Position numbers and translations under genes: made by a program. A stretch of DNA of 64,000 nucleotides. It comes from Nitrospirota bacterium. Its GTDB lineage: Bacteria > Nitrospirota > UBA9217. Numbering within the stretch: the stretch's first letter is position 1; each line of letters begins with the position of its first letter. Shown here in pieces: positions 41,031-51,127 of the stretch. Location: positions 451,111 to 515,110 of the forward strand of contig CAVPKD010000004.1 of assembly GCA_963705595.1 (NCBI GenBank), read 5' to 3'. The notes beneath the pieces were generated by a model that had not been told where the DNA came from, made no database searches, and saw only the letters and a list, made by a program, of their open reading frames with translations.

Positions 41031-42080
41031 ATGACCGCGATACATTTTGAGAGCATTGCGTCAACATTTACGATCCGGAACCCGCAGAAGGACTTCCTGG
41101 AGGACGTTTTTCAGGTCGAGGTACGGAGGGACCCCTTGCTTGGTGATACGAGCGTTTATAACCCTTTCCTCAAGGATAAAACAAAAGCATTTTTCAGCGA
41201 CAGCGATCCGGCGCTTATCCAACGGCTGGTAGAAGAGAGCGCGAAGACCTGCATTTTCTGTGCTGACCGGGTCGAGAAAAGCACACCTCAATATCCTCCG
41301 GAACTTCTGCCCGGCGGCAGAATCCGGAGAGGCGAAGCCCTTCTGTTCCCAAACCTCTTTGCCATCGGAAAGTACCACGCCGTTGTCTCGCTGAGCAATG
41401 CGCATTTCTTGAAGCTGTCGGAGTTTACTCCTGGTCTGCTTGAAAATGGCTTCCAGGCGGCCCGGGAGTTCCTGAAAGCGGTATATCGTCACGATCAATC
41501 CGTACTCTGCGTATCGGTCAATGTCAATTACCTCTTTCCCGCGGGAGCCAGCTTGGTCCATCCCCACCTCCAGATGCTGGTCACGCCCATGGCCTATTCC
41601 TACCAAGCGCGCCTCATGGAAGCGTGCGGCACGTACTACCAGAAAAAGGGTTCAGCCTACCATGCGGACCTTATCGATGCAGAAAAGAAGGCCGGTTCGC
41701 GGTATATAGCGCAGACGGGACGATGGCATTGGATGACCGCCTTCTCCCCGCTGGGGAGCAACGAAGTGATGGCTGTGCAGGACAGAGAGAGTGATTTCGC
41801 GTTTCTTAACGATGCCGACATTAGGGACCTCTCCCTTGGTATTTCGAAGGTCCTTGCTTTTTATGAAAACCTCGGACATCTGAGCTTCAATTATGCCTTG
41901 TATGCGGCACGGCAGCCTCATACGGGGGAAGGACACCGGTGCTTGCTGAGGATCATCAACCGGCAGAACCTCTATCCCAATTACCGGAACGATGATTATT
42001 TTCTCCAGAAGATGCTCCAGACAGAACTGATCATCAACCTGCCCGAAGAACTTGCGGCGAAATTACGGGCGAATTTTTAA
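41031..42080 (+). CDS. galactose-1-phosphate-uridylyltransferase-like (HIT superfamily branch) nucleotidyltransferase
   Basis: Intact 349-aa ORF. CIFC near the N-terminus and an HPHLQ (HxHxQ) active-site motif. Confidence 0.65.
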   Translation: MTAIHFESIASTFTIRNPQKDFLEDVFQVEVRRDPLLGDTSVYNPFLKDKTKAFFSDSDPALIQRLVEESAKTCIFCADRVEKSTPQYPPELLPGGRIRRGEALLFPNLFAIGKYHAVVSLSNAHFLKLSEFTPGLLENGFQAAREFLKAVYRHDQSVLCVSVNVNYLFPAGASLVHPHLQMLVTPMAYSYQARLMEACGTYYQKKGSAYHADLIDAEKKAGSRYIAQTGRWHWMTAFSPLGSNEVMAVQDRESDFAFLNDADIRDLSLGISKVLAFYENLGHLSFNYALYAARQPHTGEGHRCLLRIINRQNLYPNYRNDDYFLQKMLQTELIINLPEELAAKLRANF

Positions 42081-42321
42081 AGGCGCCTTCTGCGTTCTCC
42101 GATGCGGGAATAAGCGGATCACGTGTGATCCATGATATGCACTCCCCTCGAGCAGAGGGAAAAGCCGGTTGGGGGACTGGAGATATGCTGCGAGAAGGGC
42201 GGGCATCATCACGGGTAAGTTCCGGGCAATCCAGGAAAGACCCGAGGAGGGTGCAAAAACGAAATCGTCAGCACCCTCCGTTTTCTTCGTTGAACAGACA
42301 GCAGGTATTCTCTTATAAGCA

Positions 42322-42663
42322 ATGAAGATCGATTCATACTCATTCGGCAGCCTGGTCGTTGATGGTAAAATGTATACCTCTGATGTCATCATTTATCCCA
42401 GTAGGGTGGACCCGTCCTGGTGGAGGAAAGAAGGACACCGTCTTCAGATCGCTGATTTGGCCGAGGTACTTACCGCAAAACCCCAGATCCTTATTGTCGG
42501 CACGGGATACTCCGGAATGATGGTCGTGTCGAAGGAAACGGAAAACTGCATACGGTCACAGGGTATTAATATACACGTTGCGACCACGGGAAGGGCCGTG
42601 GAACTGTTCAACACGATGCAGGGCAAAAAAACCGTGATCGCCGCTCTTCATCTCACCTGCTGA
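42322..42663 (+). CDS. Mth938-like (DUF498) domain protein
   Basis: Intact 113-aa ORF. F.SLVVDGK.Y..DVII...W and ILIVGTG blocks resemble the MTH938/NDUFAF3-like fold family. Confidence 0.65.
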   Translation: MKIDSYSFGSLVVDGKMYTSDVIIYPSRVDPSWWRKEGHRLQIADLAEVLTAKPQILIVGTGYSGMMVVSKETENCIRSQGINIHVATTGRAVELFNTMQGKKTVIAALHLTC

Positions 42664-43053
42664 GGGGAGATCCTGTCGAGGTGATGCATGATTGATGTAG
42701 GGGTGAGTCCCCTTTCCTGATAGATAGGAACGTCGGTAGTAGCCTAGTTGCTCTCGTCCCGGCATCATGGAGCGACTGAGGCGGGAGGGCACGGGAGGCC
42801 GGAGGCGAAGCACGGAATTCCGCGGTTTGGTCTGCACATACGCGAAGTTTCACGGACCCGATTCCATCGACGGCTCGCGCAGCTGCAGGATGTTTGTCGC
42901 TTTATACTGCAGTCGCGAGAAAAAGCCGGTCAACAAAAATCTGCCGTGCAAGGGCAAGGTGAAGAAGAGATGGTGCGCAATCCCGAAAGGATAACCACGC
43001 GCTTTCATTGATCGAACACGGCTTGCACGTCAGAAACAAAATACCTTTGCTAT

Positions 43054-43081
43054 TTGACAATGGGCGGCCTTAGGCTACAAT
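43054..43081 (+). promoter_or_regulatory. candidate sigma-70 promoter of the NDH-2-like gene
   Basis: TTGACA (43054-43059), 16 nt, TACAAT (43076-43081). GAAGGAG Shine-Dalgarno before GTG 43110. Confidence 0.5.
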
Positions 43082-43109
43082 AAGAGTATACTCGAACGAA
43101 GGAGCACTT

Positions 43110-44327
43110 GTGGCACTGCATATCGTCATCGTTGGCGGAGGCTTTGGGGGGCTTGAGGCCGCCTTCTCGCTCAGGAACCTTCTGAGATCTCCCATCGAAA
43201 TCACCCTGATCGACCGGCACGGATATCACTCGTTCACTCCGTCCATCCATGAGATCATTGCCGGCAAAGTACGGCCGGAAGCGATCCGGATACCACTTGC
43301 GGTCGTGCTGAGACCTGCCGGCATCAATTTTGTCCAGGATGAGGTCTTGTCCGTTGATCCGGGAAAGCGGGAAGTCATTGCCCGGGACAGCACCCTGCAC
43401 TACGATTACCTAATCCTGAGCAGCGGCGCGGAGAACAATTTCTATGGAGTGCCCGGGGTCGAGGAACTTTCGTATCGCTTTCGCACCCCTGGTGATGCCG
43501 AGCGTATCCGGGCCGACCTGGAGGCGCTTCTCGCTGACCCGGGCCGCCATTTCTCGATCGTCCTGGCAGGCGGCGGCACGGAAGGGGTCGAGGTAGCGGG
43601 AGAATTGATCGATGCGATCATGGACCATGGCAGTGAGGACGACCTCGCGTCCGGGAGGATCGCGGTCGATCTGGTTGAGAGCCGGGAACATCTTCTCCCC
43701 GGATTTCCCCTCAAAGCACGGGAGTTCGTAGACGATTATCTGTCACGCAGAGGAGTAAAGCTGGTTTTCGGCAGCCCCATTGCGGAGGCCAGGAAGGACA
43801 GGGTCATACTCGCGTCGGGAAAGGAGCGGGAGATGTCGATGCTGCTCTGGACAGGTGGCATTCAGCCAACAAGACTGATCAGGGAACTGCCGTTGCCAAA
43901 AGAACCGACCGGATGGCTCAAGGTCACTGACCGGCTTTACTCTCCGGACGATGAACGGGTCTACGGGATCGGTGACGCGATCACCATCCATATGTTCGGC
44001 AGTGCCGTGCCGATGCTGCGCTTGGCATATCATGCGCAGGACCAGGCACGTGTCGCGAGCTTGAATATCTCGTCGAGCATCAGCGGCCGGGACCTCGTGC
44101 CGTATGAGCCGAAACTTAGATCACACCTGATCTCACTGGGGAGGGACATGGGGATCCTGGTGGAGGGCGAGCGTTTCTTTTCCGGCTCCTGGGTCGTCAC
44201 CCTGAAAAAAGCGATCGAGCGGAAGCATTTGATGACCTACCTCACGAAACCCGTTACGTCCGCGCTTGCAGCCAGGATACCGGGTGCCGGCATCCTGCAG
44301 CGGCTCTGGCGGCGTCTGCCGATATGA
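43110..44327 (+). CDS. FAD-dependent pyridine-nucleotide-disulfide oxidoreductase, type II NADH dehydrogenase-like
   Basis: Intact 405-aa ORF. IVIVGGGFGGLEAA and VLAGGGTEGVEVAGEL dinucleotide folds, and GIGDA. Confidence 0.8.
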   Translation: MALHIVIVGGGFGGLEAAFSLRNLLRSPIEITLIDRHGYHSFTPSIHEIIAGKVRPEAIRIPLAVVLRPAGINFVQDEVLSVDPGKREVIARDSTLHYDYLILSSGAENNFYGVPGVEELSYRFRTPGDAERIRADLEALLADPGRHFSIVLAGGGTEGVEVAGELIDAIMDHGSEDDLASGRIAVDLVESREHLLPGFPLKAREFVDDYLSRRGVKLVFGSPIAEARKDRVILASGKEREMSMLLWTGGIQPTRLIRELPLPKEPTGWLKVTDRLYSPDDERVYGIGDAITIHMFGSAVPMLRLAYHAQDQARVASLNISSSISGRDLVPYEPKLRSHLISLGRDMGILVEGERFFSGSWVVTLKKAIERKHLMTYLTKPVTSALAARIPGAGILQRLWRRLPI

Positions 44328-44345
44328 GGCGCGGCCATGAAGGTC

Positions 44346-47300
44346 CTACTTTCCCTTCACCACCGTCTCAGCGGTTCTTTCCCTGCCGTCCCGTAAAAAG
44401 GTGACAGAAATCCTGTCGCCGGGACTCAACGATTTCAATATATCTGAAAAACCTTTCAGGCCCGTGACCTCACGACCGTTTATCTTGATAATGACGTCTC
44501 CTTCCCTCAGGCCCGCAGCTTCAGCAGGAGAGACTGGCGAAACGCCCGAGAGCCTGAATCCTTTTCCCTGGTATGCAAAATCAGGGACAGTACCGAGGCT
44601 GACTTTTCGTTCTGACTTTGATGATGATTGCGCCGGAGCGCCGGGCTTGTGCGTCGATGACAAGGGTTCTGCACGGTTCGCAAGATACTCTAGCACTTCT
44701 TTTGTCACGGACGCGACCTTGACAAGCCCGGCGGGGTCGATCTTATCCGCGGTGTCCGTAGGCCGATGATAGTCGAGATGCGGCCCTGAGAAAAGCTGCA
44801 CAGCGGGAACGCCTGCTTCCTGAAAACTTTTCTGGTCGCTTGAATCAAGCTCTTCGGATACCGTCTCGATGTCGATACCCGTCACGAATCCCGCGCCTCT
44901 GAAGATATGCACCCATTCTGCTGCAGAGCCCGCGCCAAGGACGAGCATCTTCTTTTTCCCGAGCCTGCCAATGGTGTCGAGATTGACCATACCGATACAT
45001 TGTCTGACTGGATAACGCTTCTCGTGCTCCACGTAATACTTTGAGCCAAGCTTTCCTTCTTCCTCCCCGGTGAAGGCAACGAAGACAATGCTTCGGTCCG
45101 CATTCAAGCTTTGTTTGAGCATCCTGGCCAGCTCTAGGAGCACTGCCACGCCACTCGCGTTGTCGTCGGCGCCGGGATGGATCTTGCCTTTATCTTCCGA
45201 TCCTCCTATGGACGTGCCAAGTCCCAGATGATCATAATGCGCTCCAATGACCACGCTTTCGCGCGCAAAATCGGGTTTCTTTCCAGGGATCACGGCGATC
45301 ACGTTCTTCATGCCTGTGTTGCTGTGCGGCATATCCCATCGTTGATAATAACTTCCATGATCGCCGCCGGGTATGAGCCCCCCCTGTTTGAACTTCTGAG
45401 CAATGTAATCGGCTGCCTTATCGATCTCAGGCGTGCCGATTTCTCTCCCCTTGAGTTCGTCGCCGGACAAATACTTCACGGTCTCCATCATCCGCTCTTC
45501 CGAGTATTCCGAAGGAATGGAAGCCAGGGCTTCGCGAGGGGCGAGCTTGCCGATCTCGACGCGGGCGATAGCCCCCTCTTTTCCTGGCAGGAAAGCTGTC
45601 ATGGGTGAATCGACAACAGGCCATCTCCCTTTGACAACGTTCGCCGGCTCGTCGCCTTCGAAGGCGAGGTAGCTGTACTTATGGTAATGGGGGAGCTTTC
45701 TCCCCAGGCCGGGGAGGGACTCTGCCCTGTCCGCGGCGATGAACATCAGGGCCGTGTCCTTATTCTCCGGATCCCGGGCCGTAAGCACGAAGGCGTGATT
45801 TCCTTTCAGGATCTCTGTCTTCCCGATCTTGACGCTTTGTTTCGTGAATGCAGCTTCGTATCCGTTCCAGGCAGGGAGTGTCTTTTCGAAAAAACGGTTT
45901 TCCCAGCCCAAGATCGTCACGGTCCGGTCCGTGGGAAGTTTTTTAACCTCACTATCGAGCTTTACATTCACTTCATCAGGACCCGAATCAGCAAGCGCCT
46001 TCGCAAGTGCTTCGTACGCCCTGAGCAAATCTTTTCCCACCGATGCCGGAAGGAGTACCAGCATCTTTTTTGCGCCCAGGGCCAGCGAGATCGCGGGCGG
46101 TATCTCCTCGCGATCGAGCCTGCGGAAGACATCGAACTCAGGATCGATGTCGAGCCGCACCGGCCGGTACGGGACGGTGAGTGAAAGATCGAGCTTTTTG
46201 CCCTTCATATCAGCGACAGTCTGATAGGCGCGGTCCTTTCCTTCCATGGTCACCGCAACAGGGATGTGGAGAAGGTATATGTCGCCCGGCTGGACCTGCT
46301 CGAGACGAGCAGTGACCATATAACCATCGCCGCGCTTTACCGCCGTGGCGTCTCTCAGCTGAAGCTTCGGCGCTCCGCTTTTCGTTATCCACTGGTCGAA
46401 TTCCGGCTTGAGATTCTTTCCCGAGACTGCCTCAAAACTCTTTTCAAGATCAGTAAAGGTAGCGAAGCGGAATTTATTCTGCTCATAGAAATCACGAATT
46501 GCATCGACAAAGGCTTTGTCCCCCAGCTCGAGCCGGAGCATATGGAAGAACATGAGGGCTTTGCCGTAACCCACTGCTTCCGTTGCTGGGCTATGGCGCG
46601 AGGTGAACTGGGTGAGCGGAAAGTCCCTACCGCCCAGAACGTAATCGGCGTATTTCTGGAGCGTGGTCAAGCGATAGTCCGCTCCCGCGCCCTGCTGCTC
46701 CTTCATCAAATGGTCGGCTAGATAGGCCGTGAGCCCCTCGGACCAGTTGCCTTTCTTGTAAAGAGGGTACACGCTGTTGCCCCACCAGTTGTGAAGGATC
46801 TCGTGGGGGTAAGAGGTATTGATGATGAAAGGAAGCCGCAGGACCGTGGGGCCAAGGAGCGTGAACGACGGCATGCCGAGACCCGTCTCCCAGAAGTTCT
46901 CGACGAGCGCGAACTTAGTGTACGGATAAGAGCCGATGAGCCTGTCATACATGGTGATATAACGGACCGTGGCGTCGAGGTATTTGTTCGCAAGCGCTTC
47001 GTCGGGGGTGCGCAGAAAGACCATGGCCGTGAGATTGCCTGATGTCTTCGCGTATTCAGTAAAACGGGAAGCAATAAGATGGATCTCGTCCACGGGCTCT
47101 GGAGAATCCCACCGTACCTTGGGTAGCTCTTTTTTCTTTTCGGGGACCAAGCCGCTGCCTTCGCTCACGGCGCTCCACCCCGCCGGAAGCTCGACGTCGA
47201 GCGTGAAGGTCACGAGCTTTGGTCCGAACTGGGGATACCAGACAGAGCTGCCCGCAAGATACACACCGTCTTCGGAGATGCTGCCGGCGGTCTGGTCGAA

Positions 47301-47708
47301 CCCTCGCGCCTGCTCTTTGCCGGCGAGCTCAACGGGATGATAAATCGTTCCCGCATAGCGGATCGAGAATGTCTTCACGCCTGCCGGGAGCGTCACAACA
47401 AATGATTCCAGCGGCACCGGGCCCCGTTGGTCATCTTCTTTTGCAATCCGCACGTGCGGGTCAAGCGCTGTGGGTTTCAGTCCCGCGTGGAGCACGAACC
47501 GTATGTCCCTTTGGTCAGCCGGAACCGTAATGGTGTCCGTTGCGGTCAGGCTATGTTCTGAAGGCCGAAGCGAGACTGTGAGGGCGTGGTGAATGAGCTC
47601 AGCTGCCGGAAGTGAGAGCGGGAATGTCAGGCCAGAAGTAAAGCACAAAACAATCAGAAGGAGCAGCTTTAAACCGTCATTCCAGTTCCCGTGTAATATC
47701 ATTCTCAT
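44346..47708 (-). CDS. secreted three-module peptidase: M1-like gluzincin aminopeptidase + M28 aminopeptidase + C-terminal PDZ
   Basis: Intact 1120-aa ORF with a signal-like N-terminus. HEILHNWWGN...WSEGLTAY. M28 block GAHYDHLG...DDNASGVAVLLELA...FTGEEEGKLGS. PDZ block SPAEAAGLREGDVIIKINGREV. Confidence 0.85.
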   Translation of the reverse strand: MRMILHGNWNDGLKLLLLIVLCFTSGLTFPLSLPAAELIHHALTVSLRPSEHSLTATDTITVPADQRDIRFVLHAGLKPTALDPHVRIAKEDDQRGPVPLESFVVTLPAGVKTFSIRYAGTIYHPVELAGKEQARGFDQTAGSISEDGVYLAGSSVWYPQFGPKLVTFTLDVELPAGWSAVSEGSGLVPEKKKELPKVRWDSPEPVDEIHLIASRFTEYAKTSGNLTAMVFLRTPDEALANKYLDATVRYITMYDRLIGSYPYTKFALVENFWETGLGMPSFTLLGPTVLRLPFIINTSYPHEILHNWWGNSVYPLYKKGNWSEGLTAYLADHLMKEQQGAGADYRLTTLQKYADYVLGGRDFPLTQFTSRHSPATEAVGYGKALMFFHMLRLELGDKAFVDAIRDFYEQNKFRFATFTDLEKSFEAVSGKNLKPEFDQWITKSGAPKLQLRDATAVKRGDGYMVTARLEQVQPGDIYLLHIPVAVTMEGKDRAYQTVADMKGKKLDLSLTVPYRPVRLDIDPEFDVFRRLDREEIPPAISLALGAKKMLVLLPASVGKDLLRAYEALAKALADSGPDEVNVKLDSEVKKLPTDRTVTILGWENRFFEKTLPAWNGYEAAFTKQSVKIGKTEILKGNHAFVLTARDPENKDTALMFIAADRAESLPGLGRKLPHYHKYSYLAFEGDEPANVVKGRWPVVDSPMTAFLPGKEGAIARVEIGKLAPREALASIPSEYSEERMMETVKYLSGDELKGREIGTPEIDKAADYIAQKFKQGGLIPGGDHGSYYQRWDMPHSNTGMKNVIAVIPGKKPDFARESVVIGAHYDHLGLGTSIGGSEDKGKIHPGADDNASGVAVLLELARMLKQSLNADRSIVFVAFTGEEEGKLGSKYYVEHEKRYPVRQCIGMVNLDTIGRLGKKKMLVLGAGSAAEWVHIFRGAGFVTGIDIETVSEELDSSDQKSFQEAGVPAVQLFSGPHLDYHRPTDTADKIDPAGLVKVASVTKEVLEYLANRAEPLSSTHKPGAPAQSSSKSERKVSLGTVPDFAYQGKGFRLSGVSPVSPAEAAGLREGDVIIKINGREVTGLKGFSDILKSLSPGDRISVTFLRDGRERTAETVVKGK

Positions 47709-48229
47709 CTACTCTTCCTGTTCCAGATTAAAATTTATCTTCAACTTAGAAAACTACTTTAATTATACCGTGGAATTATCACTATATCAATTACGTTCAA
47801 AGCAGGAGTGCGAAGAAGGGTAGAATCTGTATCCTTCCAAAAATCCCGTTGAAAGCACCATTGCCTGTCAATATGCTTATGGCATGCTGGAATGTAGCAT
47901 AATCTGCAGTTTCAATTTCAGTGAGTGCCTGGAGCGGCCTCACGGCGCACTTTACTTCAAGCTATTGATCAGATGGCCGTTGCTCCATGCGGAACAGAAA
48001 TAATGGAATGAAACCGGGGCGACGAAGTTTGCCGCACGCGGACCGTAATACGTATTCCAAACGCCGGCTTCCTGCTGGAGCTTGCCCCGATGAACCGGAA
48101 CCAAATCGTTGAGCCGCCAGGGCGCCAAGATCGCGAAGGTGATTAAAGACCTTTAAGGGAGTAAAGATTCCCTTCGTGTCCTCCGTGACTTTGCGGAAAA
48201 TATTGTTGCTAACTTGTAAACAGCCGATA

Positions 48230-49300
48230 TTACTCCACCCAATCTGCGATAAAAATATCCGTCTCGTGAGGTTTCTTCGGGTTGCGGTTCGAGGCCCAGA
48301 CCAGCTTCTTCCCGTCAGGAGAGAACATGGGGAAACTGTCGAACACGTTATTATACGTGATCCGTTCCAGGCCCGTGCCGTCTAGGTTGATAAGATAGAG
48401 TTCAAAATTGTGGCCGTACTGTTTGATGTCGTCGTGCCAGTCGTTCATATTGCTCGCAAAGATGATCCGTTCCCCGTCAGGATGCCAGGAAGGCGCGAAA
48501 TTAGTTGCCCCATTGTGCAGTACCATTTTCTTATTCGAACCGTCAGCGTCCATGACCCAGAGGTCCAGGGGGACGGCCACGATATAATTCTCATCCATGC
48601 AGTCCCGCCACAGGGCTTTTTCGGCTTCCGTCTCTGGATACCAGGCGCGCCAAACGATCTTCTTTCCGTCCGGAGAGAACCAAGGGCCGCCGTTGTATCC
48701 CGTCCGGTCCGTGAGCCGTCGCACGTTCGTGCCGTCGGCATTCATGATATAGACATCGAAATTCCCTTCGCGCTGGGAGCCGAACACGATCTGTTTTCCG
48801 TCCGCAGAGACAACAGGCTCGGCGTCGTACTTCGGGTTATCGGTGATACGTTTCAGGTCCGACCCGTCGGCGGTCGACGTAAAGATATCGTAGGGATAGA
48901 GCGGCCAGACATAGCGCGCGCCCTTCGGTGTCTCGGGCCGGGGCGGACAGTCGCCGGGGATGTGGCTCGTGGATGCGAAGATGATATGCTTATCACCGGG
49001 GAAGAAAAAGGAGCATGTATGGGCGCCGTGATCCGGGCTGACCATGCGTTTGTCCGACCCATCGATGTTCATGGTCCATATCTTGTCGCAGCCGTATCCA
49101 CCGTGGCTCGACTGGAAGATGAGCTTCTTGCCGTCCCAGGAAAAGTATGCTTCGCCATTATCGCCGTCGAAGGTGAGCTGGGTCACGTTCTTCATGTGAC
49201 GGTCTGTGAAAGCGACCTCTGCGGTCCTGGCTGGAGGTTTTTTACCGGCACAGCCGGTGAACAGGAGCATGCTCAATACGATTGCGGAGATTTTCTTCAT
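48230..49300 (-). CDS. TolB-like beta-propeller (PD40/WD40-like repeats) lipoprotein
   Basis: Intact 356-aa ORF with lipobox LLFTGC. Repeated P.(F/W)SPDGK..(V/I)(F/W) motifs. GGAGGA Shine-Dalgarno. Confidence 0.8.
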   Translation of the reverse strand: MKKISAIVLSMLLFTGCAGKKPPARTAEVAFTDRHMKNVTQLTFDGDNGEAYFSWDGKKLIFQSSHGGYGCDKIWTMNIDGSDKRMVSPDHGAHTCSFFFPGDKHIIFASTSHIPGDCPPRPETPKGARYVWPLYPYDIFTSTADGSDLKRITDNPKYDAEPVVSADGKQIVFGSQREGNFDVYIMNADGTNVRRLTDRTGYNGGPWFSPDGKKIVWRAWYPETEAEKALWRDCMDENYIVAVPLDLWVMDADGSNKKMVLHNGATNFAPSWHPDGERIIFASNMNDWHDDIKQYGHNFELYLINLDGTGLERITYNNVFDSFPMFSPDGKKLVWASNRNPKKPHETDIFIADWVE

Positions 49301-49346
49301 GGTTGGCGATCCTCCATTCGGGCAAGGGTATTATGAACAGTAAACA

Positions 49347-49491
49347 CTGTTAGGGATCAAAGTTCTTTAACGAGAATCTTTGCCGGCTTTACCCTGTTAG
49401 ACGAATCTGGAGGGAGTCTAACGGGGTTTATACCACCAATCTCCACGGCATGATGTACATCGCTGACAGGAGCCGGGGTTTTCTCTAACGG
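49347..49491 (+). ncRNA. candidate structured RNA (three nested helices plus possible pseudoknot); family unknown
   Basis: Hand-paired helices. P1: 49347-49355 with 49483-49491 (9 bp). P2: 49383-49388 with 49471-49476 (6 bp). P3: 49392-49402 with 49416-49426 (11 bp). The three G-U pairs would be C-A mismatches on the minus strand. Confidence 0.3.
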
Positions 49492-49614
49492 AGCAAACAC
49501 CGGATTGCTGTTCCTGATGATATAATCGATTCAAGGAAAAAACAAGGGGGTAAAGGCAGGTCAGATCGCCTATGGATTCACATCAAATGCATCTTCGAAA
49601 ACCGGCCGCAGACC

Positions 49615-49989
49615 TCACTCCCATCGATTGATGAACAGAGACATGGGCTTGAGAAAAGGGATTGAGATCTGGAGGCGAGAGGGTTCGGTGGCGCCGGCGC
49701 CCAGGTCGAGCAATGAGAACGAGCGATACGGCAGGAAATACTGAATGATCTCGATAACAAGACCGTAGCCAGGCAATGGCAGCGATTTCGCCGGGCCGAA
49801 GCCGTTTTGAGGAAATGAGAAATCAGCGAAGAGGGCGCGCGCATAGAATGCGATCCCGTGCTCTGCCTTGTCATTGATGTCCTCGACAACAGGAAACACG
49901 CTTGAAGTTGTCGCAAGGTACAAAATCACAATCCCCGCCGTGACCAGCAAAAGTCTGCATGCTACGATAGTGAATTTCGGCAGATTCAT
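49615..49989 (-). CDS. VanZ-like membrane protein (tentative)
   Basis: 124-aa ORF. DKAEHGIAFY and EIIQYFLPYRSFSLLDL resemble VanZ-family blocks. The C-terminus is atypical. Confidence 0.55.
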   Translation of the reverse strand: MNLPKFTIVACRLLLVTAGIVILYLATTSSVFPVVEDINDKAEHGIAFYARALFADFSFPQNGFGPAKSLPLPGYGLVIEIIQYFLPYRSFSLLDLGAGATEPSRLQISIPFLKPMSLFINRWE

Positions 49990-50044
49990 GGCACCTGTAA
50001 TTCAGAGACCCGGGGGACCCCATCTCGCGGGGGTTGCCGTTCGC

Positions 50045-50224
50045 TTATTCGATGGAAATAGCGCGGAACGGGCAGCATCCAAGAACGCCTTTGTGCTGTT
50101 CCATGATGAACTGCTCATAGTTTATAAACCATGCCTTGTCATCACGGATCTCGAAAAACTGAGGATAGAGTTCTGCACAGGCCCCGCAGCCCACGCACAA
50201 GCTGTAATCAATCGTCGGTAACAT
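50045..50224 (-). CDS. small [4Fe-4S] ferredoxin
   Basis: ORF 50045-50362 trimmed to ATG 50224 (TTG 50233 is also possible). CVGCGACAELYP...CP single-cluster pattern. Confidence 0.6.
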   Translation of the reverse strand: MLPTIDYSLCVGCGACAELYPQFFEIRDDKAWFINYEQFIMEQHKGVLGCCPFRAISIE

Positions 50225-50499
50225 CGGTAACAAAAGTTGACCCTTTCTCCTGTTCAGGTGTGCATTATAACCGGAAACAGGCCTGCACGCAACAGGAGGA
50301 CGATGGCAAAAAATAGAAGGCCATATAGGATTATCCGCGGTCGATCGACAGACACCCTGCATGTCATCGCAGGGGAAATACGGCGACGGAATATTCTCGA
50401 AGGTTATTCGTCAATACGGGATCGCCGCGCTTTGACCGTGGACAGGGGAAAGGCTTTTTCGGCAACCGGTGGCGATTCAGCGTGAATCGTCCTGACGGT

Positions 50500-50721
50500 T
50501 CATTTTTTTGAAATCTTTACTTTCCAGACAGCTGGTCCCTGTTCGAGATATTCCCATCCGAAAAGTCCTTGCCGTTCATGCAAGAAAGAATAGTAGAGCG
50601 GTTTCGGATCATGGTCGTTGAGCAGAACAAAGTCGTCGCCGCTTTTCAGATCGTCAAAGGTCTTAAATATCAGCGGGTGTCGCTCCTTGGGGATGATGGT
50701 TGTGACATTTAGCTCTTTCAT
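50500..50721 (-). CDS. DUF2249 domain protein
   Basis: Intact 73-aa ORF with family-like P.ERHP.IF..FD.L..G..F.L.NDHDP.PL.Y. Confidence 0.75.
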   Translation of the reverse strand: MKELNVTTIIPKERHPLIFKTFDDLKSGDDFVLLNDHDPKPLYYSFLHERQGLFGWEYLEQGPAVWKVKISKK

Positions 50722-50860
50722 TGTGCGCCTCCTTGAAGGGTCATGCTTCGCATGGGGGAATTTGTGATCTCAATAAAAATTATATTACAAACAGCCAGGG
50801 TTTGCTATGACCTGCATCATAATCTGGATTTCGTAAACATAAATCATTATTGAATTCACG

Positions 50861-51103
50861 GTGAGCACGCTGAAGGACGTAAGAAAATTAAGGTTTGCTG
50901 ATATAAGAATAGGGAGTGATATAATTTTATTAAAGAACACGACAGGACGAAGAGATATGGACCGTGAATTTGCCAATAAGATAAACGAAGAGATCGAACG
51001 ATATAAAAACGCCCTTCTCCATTATGCTAAACAATGCGAACGGCAAAGCTTCAAGTCGAAAGCGGGTATGCTGTTCGATTATCTGGAGGCAATTGAGCTG
51101 TAG
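50861..51103 (+). CDS. hypothetical protein (start uncertain; ATG 50957 possible)
   Basis: ORF-track entry only, in an AT-rich segment. No homology recognised. Confidence 0.3.
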   Translation: MSTLKDVRKLRFADIRIGSDIILLKNTTGRRDMDREFANKINEEIERYKNALLHYAKQCERQSFKSKAGMLFDYLEAIEL

Positions 51104-51127
51104 GAAATTCAGCGGAAATTTTTCAGA

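Noticed and set aside
47839-47856. AAAAATCCCGTTGAAAGC, a possible third copy of the conserved leader core.
   Set aside because: Only about 14 of 17 positions match, with no aligned promoter or GAGGRAGGGG block. There is also no + strand gene downstream. It sits in the upstream region of a minus-strand gene.
49392-49426. GTTAGAC ... GTCTAAC arms match the integron attC core (GTTRRRY) and inverse core (RYYYAAC) patterns.
   Set aside because: The order is reversed relative to attC (inverse core should come first) on either strand. There is no integrase, no cassette array and no second site at cassette spacing.
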